Origin: Promethearchaeia archaeon
GTDB taxonomy: Archaea > Asgardarchaeota > Lokiarchaeia > Sigyniarchaeales > SOKP01
Length of the DNA: 17,307 nucleotides
Assembly (NCBI GenBank): GCA_029856125.1
Contig: JAHQWJ010000131.1
Location: 1 to 17,307 of the forward strand
Direction: 5' to 3'
Made by a program: the position numbers and the translations under genes. Below, piece by piece: positions 7,313 to 14,879 of the stretch (position 1 is its first letter; each line of letters starts with the position of its first letter). The notes below the pieces were generated by a model, which worked only from the letters and a program-made list of their open reading frames with translations, did not search any database and was not told the origin of the DNA.

Positions 7313-10300
7313 TGGAAGGAGCCGTATTGGTCATTGGAGCGGGTATTGCTGGCATGCAAACTTCCTTAGATTTAACGGAACTCGGGTTAAAAGTGTATCT
7401 CGTAGAAAAAACGCCTTCAATAGGTGGAAGGATGGCCCAGCTTGACAAAACTTTTCCAACAAACGATTGTAGTCTCTGTATCCTTGCGCCAAAAATGGTT
7501 GAGGTGTTTAGAAATCCAAACATCGAATTAATGACTTATCACGAAGTAACAGGCGTATCGGGAGAAGCGGGTAAATTTAATGTTACTGTGTTAAAGAAAC
7601 CAAGGTATGTCGATGAGGATAAGTGTAAAGGGTGTGGAGATTGCGCAACAAAATGCCCCAAAATACAAGTACCTAACATATTTGACATGAATCTTGGTAA
7701 ACGAAAGTCAGTGTATATTCCGTTTCCTCAAGCAGTCCCTCCGGTATATGTAATCGATCCAGAGCTGTGTTTAAAGTTAACCAAAGGAGTTTGTGGCGTT
7801 TGCGAAAAAGTATGCGAAGCAAAAGCAATTGACTTTGAGCAAAAACCGCAAGATATCAATATAAATGTTGGCGCTGTAGTAGTAGCTACTGGTTTCGATA
7901 TGCCTGCGGATGAATTAACTCCGAGATGGGGGTATCGATTTCAAAATGTAGTAAGCGCCTTGGAATACGAAAGGATGTTGTGTGCATCGGGTCCATTTGG
8001 AGGTCATGTTCTAAGACTTAGCGATGAAGAAGAACCAGAAAAAATAGCGTTTATTCAATGTGCAGGATCCAGAGATTTACATGAAAATATTCCTTACTGT
8101 TCAAGCGTGTGCTGTATGTATACTGCGAAGGAAGCTATAATAACTGCCGAACACTCACAAAATGCAAAATGCTTTGTTTTTAGGCACGATATCAGGGCAT
8201 ATGGTAAAAACTTTTATGAATTTACCCAAAGAGCCCAAGAAGAATATGGTGTAAAATATTTTCAAACAAAAATAAGCACCGTCCAAGAAGATCCAGAAAC
8301 CCACGATTTAATTATTCATTATGAGGATTTGAAAACTGGAAAGTTTAACGATTTTCGGGCAAATTTAGTTGTTTTAGCAACACCTCTGGTTCCCAAAAAA
8401 GACATAGGTGAATTAGCTACAATTCTGGATGTTGAGCTAGATAAATATGAATTCTTCAAAGAGAAGTCTTATTTCAATAAATCCTTATCCACAAGGGAAG
8501 GGGTTTTCTTATGTGGATTTTGTCAAGGTCCGAAGGACATTCCAGAAACTGTCGCTGACGCAAGTAGCGTAGCATCTCAGGTAGCTACTTTACTCAATTC
8601 CGCTAAATTTACCCAAGTAAGAGAAAAAGTATTTGATGTGGCAGAAAAAGAAGTTAAACCTTCTGATGAACCGAGAATAGGCGTGCTTGTTTGTCATTGT
8701 GGGATCAACATCGGTAAATATGTCGACGTTCCCAACGTTAAAGATTATATAAAATCGATACCAAATGTAGTTTACTGTGAAGATAATCTTTATTCATGTA
8801 GTTCTGATTCTCAAGAAATGATTAAAGATAAAATCAAGGAACATAACCTTAATAGATTTATCGTAGCATCTTGCACTCCAAGAACTCACGAACCTCTATT
8901 TCAAGAAACGTGTCAGGAAGCCGGACTAAATAAATATTTGTTCGAAATGGTAAACATTAGAGATCAATGTTCTTGGGTTCATATGACTGAAAAAGAAGCC
9001 GCTACTGACAAATCTATGGATTTAATCCGTATGGCAATAGCAAAATCCAGATTAATTAAACCTCAAAAAGAAGAGAAAATTGCAGTTATTCCTACAGCTT
9101 TAGTAATAGGAGGAGGTGTTTCAGGAATGACAGCGTCCTTAGAATTAGCTAATCAAGGGTTTAAAACTTATATCATAGAAAAAGAAAAGAAGCTGGGGGG
9201 AAATTTGAACAATTTAAACATACTTTATCCCATCCAAGAGGATGCTTCTATCTTTTTGAACGAAATTGTTGGTAAAGTTGAAAGCAATAACAACATTGAA
9301 GTTCATCTCGAGTCAACTATCAAAGATGTCTTGGGGTATATCGGAAATTACGACGTTTCTATTAATGACTCTAAGGATGAAGTATTAGAGCTAAAAACTG
9401 GAGCGATAATTGTTGCTACAGGCGGTCAAGAACTCAAGCCTAACGGATTATTTCAGTACGACGGTAAAAAAAAGCAAGTAATGACGCAACTCGAACTTGA
9501 GCAAAAATTACAAGATACGGATAAAGCGTGGCTTGAAAAATTAAAACGCGTTACTTTCATTTTATGCGCTGGCGCTAGACAGAAAGAAGGTATAACCTAT
9601 TGTTCTAACATATGCTGTGGAACATCAATCAAAAACATTAATATCCTCAAAGAGCTGAACCCTAATCTCGAAATTGTCGTGTTATATAGAGACTTTCAAA
9701 TGGCTAAAAAAGAATTTGAAGAATATTACCGTAATCGAAGAAAAGACGCAATGTTTTTACGATACGATTTAGACCAAATGCCAAAAGTAACTAAAATAGG
9801 TAAATCACCTGAAAAATATAAAGTAGAAGTATTTGATACTAACTTACAAGATAATCTGGATTTTGAAACCGATTTAATTGTCTTAGCTACACCTATGGTT
9901 CCTGCAGACAACCTAAAGGAATTAGCAATGATGCTCAAAGTACCTCTAGATAGAACAGGATTCTTTCTAGAAGCCCATGTAAAACTGAGACCTTTAGATT
10001 TTGCTACAGATGGAATATTCCTCTGTGGTGTAGCACAATGGCCTAAAAACATACAAGACTCTATATCACAAGCAAGTGGTGCTGCCGGTCGAGCAAGTAG
10101 ATTCCTAAGCGCAGGAGAAATAACTACTTCTGGTTTGGTAGCAGAAGTCACTCAAAGCAAATGTATTGGTTGCGGAGATTGTGAAGAAGTCTGTCCTTAT
10201 AAAGCAATTGAACTAGTAGAAACTACGAAAGAATTCGAGGATGTAACAATTATTGTAAAGAAATCATCAATAAACTCAGCTTTGTGTAAAGGATGCGGTA

Positions 10301-10419
10301 CTTGTGCGGCAACTTGCCCTGTAGGAGCTATCTCAGTCAAGCACTACGACTTCGATCAAATTAACGCAATGATTGATTCATATCTTTTAGAAAAAATAAA
10401 AAACGGAGGAAGCACCTAA
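7312..10419 (+). CDS. hdrA: Large double-module HdrA-family flavoprotein (hdrA-3), 1035 aa
   Basis: Same architecture as hdrA-2 and colinear with it along its whole length. TAATG stop/start overlap with the hdrD-like gene; SD GAGGTG at 7298-7303. Confidence 0.95.
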   Translation: MEGAVLVIGAGIAGMQTSLDLTELGLKVYLVEKTPSIGGRMAQLDKTFPTNDCSLCILAPKMVEVFRNPNIELMTYHEVTGVSGEAGKFNVTVLKKPRYVDEDKCKGCGDCATKCPKIQVPNIFDMNLGKRKSVYIPFPQAVPPVYVIDPELCLKLTKGVCGVCEKVCEAKAIDFEQKPQDININVGAVVVATGFDMPADELTPRWGYRFQNVVSALEYERMLCASGPFGGHVLRLSDEEEPEKIAFIQCAGSRDLHENIPYCSSVCCMYTAKEAIITAEHSQNAKCFVFRHDIRAYGKNFYEFTQRAQEEYGVKYFQTKISTVQEDPETHDLIIHYEDLKTGKFNDFRANLVVLATPLVPKKDIGELATILDVELDKYEFFKEKSYFNKSLSTREGVFLCGFCQGPKDIPETVADASSVASQVATLLNSAKFTQVREKVFDVAEKEVKPSDEPRIGVLVCHCGINIGKYVDVPNVKDYIKSIPNVVYCEDNLYSCSSDSQEMIKDKIKEHNLNRFIVASCTPRTHEPLFQETCQEAGLNKYLFEMVNIRDQCSWVHMTEKEAATDKSMDLIRMAIAKSRLIKPQKEEKIAVIPTALVIGGGVSGMTASLELANQGFKTYIIEKEKKLGGNLNNLNILYPIQEDASIFLNEIVGKVESNNNIEVHLESTIKDVLGYIGNYDVSINDSKDEVLELKTGAIIVATGGQELKPNGLFQYDGKKKQVMTQLELEQKLQDTDKAWLEKLKRVTFILCAGARQKEGITYCSNICCGTSIKNINILKELNPNLEIVVLYRDFQMAKKEFEEYYRNRRKDAMFLRYDLDQMPKVTKIGKSPEKYKVEVFDTNLQDNLDFETDLIVLATPMVPADNLKELAMMLKVPLDRTGFFLEAHVKLRPLDFATDGIFLCGVAQWPKNIQDSISQASGAAGRASRFLSAGEITTSGLVAEVTQSKCIGCGDCEEVCPYKAIELVETTKEFEDVTIIVKKSSINSALCKGCGTCAATCPVGAISVKHYDFDQINAMIDSYLLEKIKNGGST

Positions 10420-10421
10420 TT

Positions 10422-10859
10422 ATGACTGAAACTAAAAAAAAACTTAAGAAAACCAAAGATTTTGAACCAGATCTATTAGTTTTCTGTTGTAATTGGTGCA
10501 GTTATGCGGGAGCTGATTTAGCAGGAGTATCAAGGTTTCAATATCCTCCAAACATTAGAGTTATTCGCGTGATGTGCTCGGGAAGAATTGATCCTTCCTT
10601 TGTTCTAAAAGCTCTTAAGGATGGTGCAGACGGAGTGCTAATTAGTGGATGTCACATCGGTGACTGTCACTATATAACGGGCAATGAATATGCGAAAGAA
10701 CGATTTGAAAAAATGCATAGAATTCTTATTAAACAACTTGGCATAAATGAAAATCGTGTGCGATTAGAATGGGTCTCTGCTTCTGAAGGAAAAAGGTTTT
10801 CAGAATTAATTACAGAATTCACAAACCAAATAAAAGAATTAGGTCCACTAAAAAATTAA
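10422..10859 (+). CDS. mvhD: MvhD/FlpD [2Fe-2S] subunit (mvhD-2)
   Basis: FCCNWCSYAGADLAG, RVMCSGRIDP, GCHIGDCHY, WVSASEG. SD GGAGGA at 10405-10410; starts 2 nt after the hdrA-3 stop. Confidence 0.95.
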   Translation: MTETKKKLKKTKDFEPDLLVFCCNWCSYAGADLAGVSRFQYPPNIRVIRVMCSGRIDPSFVLKALKDGADGVLISGCHIGDCHYITGNEYAKERFEKMHRILIKQLGINENRVRLEWVSASEGKRFSELITEFTNQIKELGPLKN

Positions 10860-10864
10860 AACTA

Positions 10865-10903
10865 TTTGATTTCTATTTCTCTTATTTCTTTCTCTTTTCT
10901 TAT
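10865..10903 (+). terminator. T/pyrimidine-rich terminator region of the hdr operon
   Basis: TTTGATTTCTATTTCTCTTATTTCTTTCTCTTTTCTT between convergent genes. Confidence 0.4.
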
Positions 10904-12118
10904 TTATGGAAGTTTTTTTGCTAGCTTAGTTAATATTATCAAAGCAACTATTAAAATTAAAGAAATTACTAAAATTGCTCCATATACTAAGGAAATCCCT
11001 CCGGAATTAAAAAATGGTTCAAGCGTTATAGTAACGAAAGCAATTCCAATAAATTGCCCAGCTGTAGTTAAACCGGCTAGAGCTCCTCTTCTTTCTTGAG
11101 ATAATGTTTGACTGTAGTACATGAGAGATGTGAACAATAATCCGCCTGCGAAGCCCATAAAAATCAAACCTGTAGTGGTTAAAACAAGCGCTTCAAAACT
11201 GTTATCACCGAAGATAACTAAAATGATATCGGCTATAATAAGTGAAATCAATGCAATAGACAGAGTAAGCCTAATTCCTCTCTTCTTAATCGTTATCCCC
11301 GCGAGATATGCAGATACGAAACCCATGATCCCATATAGTAATAGAACCACACCTGAAATACTCTCAGGAATTACATGAGTAAATGATCGCGAAGTCCAAA
11401 TAATCGCTGCGATAGAAGTATGGGAAACCAAGAAAGCTGACAAAATCAATAGTAATACCACAGGTCTTCGAATTTCTATACCCAAATGTGAGAAAAATTC
11501 TCGGATTTCCATTTCTGAAGTATTTTTTGGTTGGCTTCTTTTTAGACTAAAGATTATTATGAATCCTACAACGGTAATAACTACAAAAATTATGTAAAGA
11601 TATCTCCACCCTACTATTAATATTTGTCCAGCTAATAAAGGACCAATTCCAACTGCCAAATTAGCAACAGCACCAAGTAATCCAATTTTTTTAGAGATTT
11701 TAGGTCCCGGGGTTATATCTGTAATTAACGCTATTAAAACTGGATTTACAAAACCAAAACCAATTCCGCCTAATACATTAGCTAGAACAAAGATTATTAG
11801 GGAGAACGATAAAGAAGCTAGAATCATTCCTATCCCAAAGATTGACAGACCCAGTAAAATTACGGTGTATCTTCCCTTTACATCCGAAATTGCCCCTGAG
11901 AATAATTGTACGAAGGCAAATGGGAACATAAACGAAGGAATTGTTATTAACAACTCATTTGGTAAAACAGAAAATTCAGTGGACAACACTCTAAATAAGA
12001 CAAGAATGACATTACCTGTTAGAGGACCTAGCGCAAAAAGTAAATAAATAATAAATTCCACTAATGACGACACCTTAACTAGTTCTTGCCTTTTTATATC
12101 ATCTTGTTCAGCTTTCAT
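10904..12118 (-). CDS. MFS transporter (DHA1/drug:H+ antiporter-like)
   Basis: About 12 hydrophobic segments in 404 aa. MFS motif A (GAISDVKGRY), motif C-like AVGIGPLLAG, and RRGALAG near the C-terminus. Confidence 0.85.
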   Translation of the reverse strand: MKAEQDDIKRQELVKVSSLVEFIIYLLFALGPLTGNVILVLFRVLSTEFSVLPNELLITIPSFMFPFAFVQLFSGAISDVKGRYTVILLGLSIFGIGMILASLSFSLIIFVLANVLGGIGFGFVNPVLIALITDITPGPKISKKIGLLGAVANLAVGIGPLLAGQILIVGWRYLYIIFVVITVVGFIIIFSLKRSQPKNTSEMEIREFFSHLGIEIRRPVVLLLILSAFLVSHTSIAAIIWTSRSFTHVIPESISGVVLLLYGIMGFVSAYLAGITIKKRGIRLTLSIALISLIIADIILVIFGDNSFEALVLTTTGLIFMGFAGGLLFTSLMYYSQTLSQERRGALAGLTTAGQFIGIAFVTITLEPFFNSGGISLVYGAILVISLILIVALIILTKLAKKLP

Positions 12119-12223
12119 AATGAGATTTACTTGTTTATTTTAGGAGTAATCTATAGTTAATTGATGAATTATATTTAATCTTTCTAGTTAAAGATATAAA
12201 AAAAAGGAAAAAATTTTTTAGAT

Positions 12224-12697
12224 TTAAGATACAAAAACCGCAATTTGAGAGAAAAATGTGGTCACCATGATTACAAACAGAATAGCACCAGCTAGAATAA
12301 GATATATTCTTCGTGATTTTTCGTCAAATTTGTCATTTAAAGCAAAACTCAGAAATCCTACAACAATGAAAAATAGACCAACATTTACACCTATTCTAGC
12401 TATATTTCCAACGATGATTACTTGATATTCCATCCAATATCTGATTAAATTAGCCCTTTCAATCTTTACGATATAATCGTTATACCCGTATAATCCTTGC
12501 ATATAGTTCATTTCGTTTTGTTGGATTTCTAATGATAGCCATATCGAAGCATTATCTGCGATTGATTTACTAATCATGAGTATAGTACCAAAAATGATTG
12601 CTACTAGTAATCCATAGATAAGGAATTTAGTAGCTTTTTCTTTATCCATTACTGGTAACATATCATACAAGCTTATTTTTCTTTCTTCTGTCCCCAT
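12224..12697 (-). CDS. Hypothetical membrane protein (about 3 TM helices)
   Basis: 157-aa ORF with three hydrophobic stretches. Its SD GAGGTGA overlaps the TGA stop of the upstream gene; T-tracts follow on the minus strand. Confidence 0.8.
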   Translation of the reverse strand: MGTEERKISLYDMLPVMDKEKATKFLIYGLLVAIIFGTILMISKSIADNASIWLSLEIQQNEMNYMQGLYGYNDYIVKIERANLIRYWMEYQVIIVGNIARIGVNVGLFFIVVGFLSFALNDKFDEKSRRIYLILAGAILFVIMVTTFFSQIAVFVS

Positions 12698-12703
12698 TTT
12701 TAA

Positions 12704-13378
12704 TCACCTCAGATAATTTGCTTTTAATATCGATACTAAAGCTAGCATAGCGTAAGCAACTAGAATGAGTGCTCCTACAACTAATAAAAGATTATTCAAA
12801 GTCTCTCCTGGGCCATCAACTTTTATTTTAATATCAAAATATACATCTCTTACTGAAGATGGACCTGAGTTAGTTCCATAAACTATAACGAAATAATCAC
12901 CTGGCCAAGATATTAACGAATCTCCTACTCTATCTCCCATAAATTCGATATAGAAATAAATTCCACTACCCGGTAAGGATAATGATGTAGCATCGTCAGT
13001 ACTTCCAGCAGGCGTTGTCCCCCATCCAAATTCAGAATAAACAAACCATAAACCAGAAATTCCACCTGGTGTGCTATTCAAACTATAGGCTTGATCGTAA
13101 ATACTCTTAGCAATAATTTTTATGGTAATACTTGTATTCGGGTAAAATTCTGAAATCTCTACTATGAGTTTTTGATCTTTACTTAAAGTCACTGGTTGAG
13201 CGAATGCTTTCGTAAGACCTGAATTACTATCTTCATATATATGTTCAGTTTTCTTGTCATAAATTGTGACTTTGTCTAATAATAATCCCAATACTGGACC
13301 AAGTATTAAACATGCTATACTTAAACCTATAATGATGTAAGCGGTTTTTTTTTTCAAAAGACGACTCATTTTTACCAT
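12704..13378 (-). CDS. Hypothetical protein with N- and C-terminal TM anchors and a beta-rich extracytoplasmic domain
   Basis: 224-aa ORF with AGGTG SD, a basic N-terminus plus hydrophobic helix, and a C-terminal hydrophobic helix; coupled to the 157-aa gene. Confidence 0.8.
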   Translation of the reverse strand: MVKMSRLLKKKTAYIIIGLSIACLILGPVLGLLLDKVTIYDKKTEHIYEDSNSGLTKAFAQPVTLSKDQKLIVEISEFYPNTSITIKIIAKSIYDQAYSLNSTPGGISGLWFVYSEFGWGTTPAGSTDDATSLSLPGSGIYFYIEFMGDRVGDSLISWPGDYFVIVYGTNSGPSSVRDVYFDIKIKVDGPGETLNNLLLVVGALILVAYAMLALVSILKANYLR

Positions 13379-13439
13379 GTTTACACCTTTAAAGTTTTTA
13401 TTTGTTTTAATTAGATGTTATTGAGTTTAAATTAGGTAA

Positions 13440-13479
13440 ATCCGAAATAAAAATATGTCTTCAATTTTTATTAACGGAT
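13440..13479. promoter_or_regulatory. Imperfect inverted repeat in a divergent promoter region
   Basis: ATCCG-A-AATAAAAAT-(9 nt)-ATTTTTATT-AA-CGGAT. Confidence 0.4.
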
Positions 13480-13586
13480 GAATTATTTGAATTTTTAGAA
13501 AACTCGAAAAAAATGCGATACAAATAAAATTTATGATGAATTCTTAATCGTAATTAATTTTACTAAGTGTAAGTTGAGAATTAGGT

Positions 13587-14843
13587 ATGAAAGCAGATGA
13601 GTCGTATTCTGATTATATGTTTAATTTCGTAGATACAATTTGTAAGAAGTTTGGACCAAGATATTCTTGTAGCGAAGCTGAAAGGAACGCAAATATTTGG
13701 ATAAAGAAAGAACTTGACCAATTTTGCGACGAAACTTTCATCGACGAGTTTGAAACGCGACCAGCGATGTATCCTCAAGGCTTTACTAAGGTAGCTGGAC
13801 TTTTGGGTGGGATATCTCCTTTATTTATACCGTTAATATTTCCTTTTCCGATAATTTCTTTAATCCTTGTAATTCTTGGTGTAGTAGTGCTCTATAGCGA
13901 GTTATTCTTGATGAAAGGATGGATTGGATTTCTATTTAAAACTAAAAAATCTAGTAATGTATTCGGAATAATAAAACCTACAGAGGAAGTTAAATTCCGC
14001 ATTATTTTCGAAGGACATACTGATAGTGCAAAAGAAATGAATATTGCGAGTTATAAGCTCCGAGCGCGCCAAATAATAGGAAGAGTAGGACTTTACTTCT
14101 TATTTCACACCATTATTTTTTCGCTATGGAAATTTATCGCTCAATTAGTTTCGGGACCTTCTATCGTAATATTGAATTGGGGAGTAGTTTCTATAACGGT
14201 TTTAGATCTTATTTATTTTATTCCGCTCGTTATAATTTATCCCTTTTTCATCTTACTTTTAAAAGGCTTCTTGGGAAAAACCGTCGTTTTAGGAGCAAAC
14301 GATAACTTATCCGCCACTGCCGTTGCTGTAGCAATAGGAAAGCACTTGAGCGAAAATAGACCGAAGAATGTTGAAGTATGGATTGGATCACAAGGAAGCG
14401 AAGAAGTAGGTGATAGAGGGGCTGAAGCGTTCGTTGAGAAATATGGGAAATTAGGTATTCTTGATAATTCTTATACCGTGGTGTTAGAATGTTGTGGAGC
14501 AGCAGGAGATATGTTCTTAATTGAAAAAGATATGCACCGAGCAGTTTATGATACAGAAATCAATAGTATGCTATTAAAAGCCCATACGGAAACAAAAATT
14601 GGAAACCCTGACTTATTAAACATACGAACTGGAAGTCTTAAAATTGGAGCGTGTGACGCTTGCCGATATATTCACGAAGGATTCAAAGCAGCAGCTTTAA
14701 TGGGCATGGAACATACAAAAAACAAAGCAGTTAACTGGCATTCTGTTAAGGATGCTCCAGAAAACATTAATAAAAAGATTTTACGTGATTTTCTTAATGT
14801 TTCACTTAAGTTTGTTGATTTAGTAGACAATAAATACAATTAA
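13587..14843 (+). CDS. M28-family zinc peptidase with membrane-spanning insertions
   Basis: Motifs EGHTDS, GANDNLSA, GSEEVG, LECCG and WHSVKD match M28 metal and catalytic ligands. Two hydrophobic hairpin insertions. Confidence 0.85.
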   Translation: MKADESYSDYMFNFVDTICKKFGPRYSCSEAERNANIWIKKELDQFCDETFIDEFETRPAMYPQGFTKVAGLLGGISPLFIPLIFPFPIISLILVILGVVVLYSELFLMKGWIGFLFKTKKSSNVFGIIKPTEEVKFRIIFEGHTDSAKEMNIASYKLRARQIIGRVGLYFLFHTIIFSLWKFIAQLVSGPSIVILNWGVVSITVLDLIYFIPLVIIYPFFILLLKGFLGKTVVLGANDNLSATAVAVAIGKHLSENRPKNVEVWIGSQGSEEVGDRGAEAFVEKYGKLGILDNSYTVVLECCGAAGDMFLIEKDMHRAVYDTEINSMLLKAHTETKIGNPDLLNIRTGSLKIGACDACRYIHEGFKAAALMGMEHTKNKAVNWHSVKDAPENINKKILRDFLNVSLKFVDLVDNKYN

Positions 14844-14864
14844 AAAAAAAGAAAAAACGAAAAA
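14844..14864 (-). terminator. Oligo-T terminator of the GPH transporter
   Basis: Long A-runs on the + strand (T-runs on the minus strand) between convergent genes. Confidence 0.45.
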
Positions 14865-14879
14865 TTAAATTCTAAATTG

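Noticed and set aside
3880-10151. Minus-strand ORFs 3880-4152, 4939-5208, 5536-5748, 7284-7523 and 9726-10151
   Set aside because: Antisense shadows of well-supported genes.
12163-13486. Shared 10-mer GATGAATTAT in two spacers (also TAGTGGAAT near 1164 and 4849)
   Set aside because: Short AT-rich words at inconsistent distances from start codons; compatible with chance.
13533-13612. Box C (ATGATGA) with a downstream CTGA as a C/D sRNA
   Set aside because: The span of about 80 nt runs into the peptidase CDS, with no clear C'/D' boxes or terminal stem.
10866-13778. Short ORFs 10866-11099, 11121-11378, 11865-12047 (+) and 13581-13778 (-)
   Set aside because: Antisense to the MFS and peptidase genes, with no independent support.
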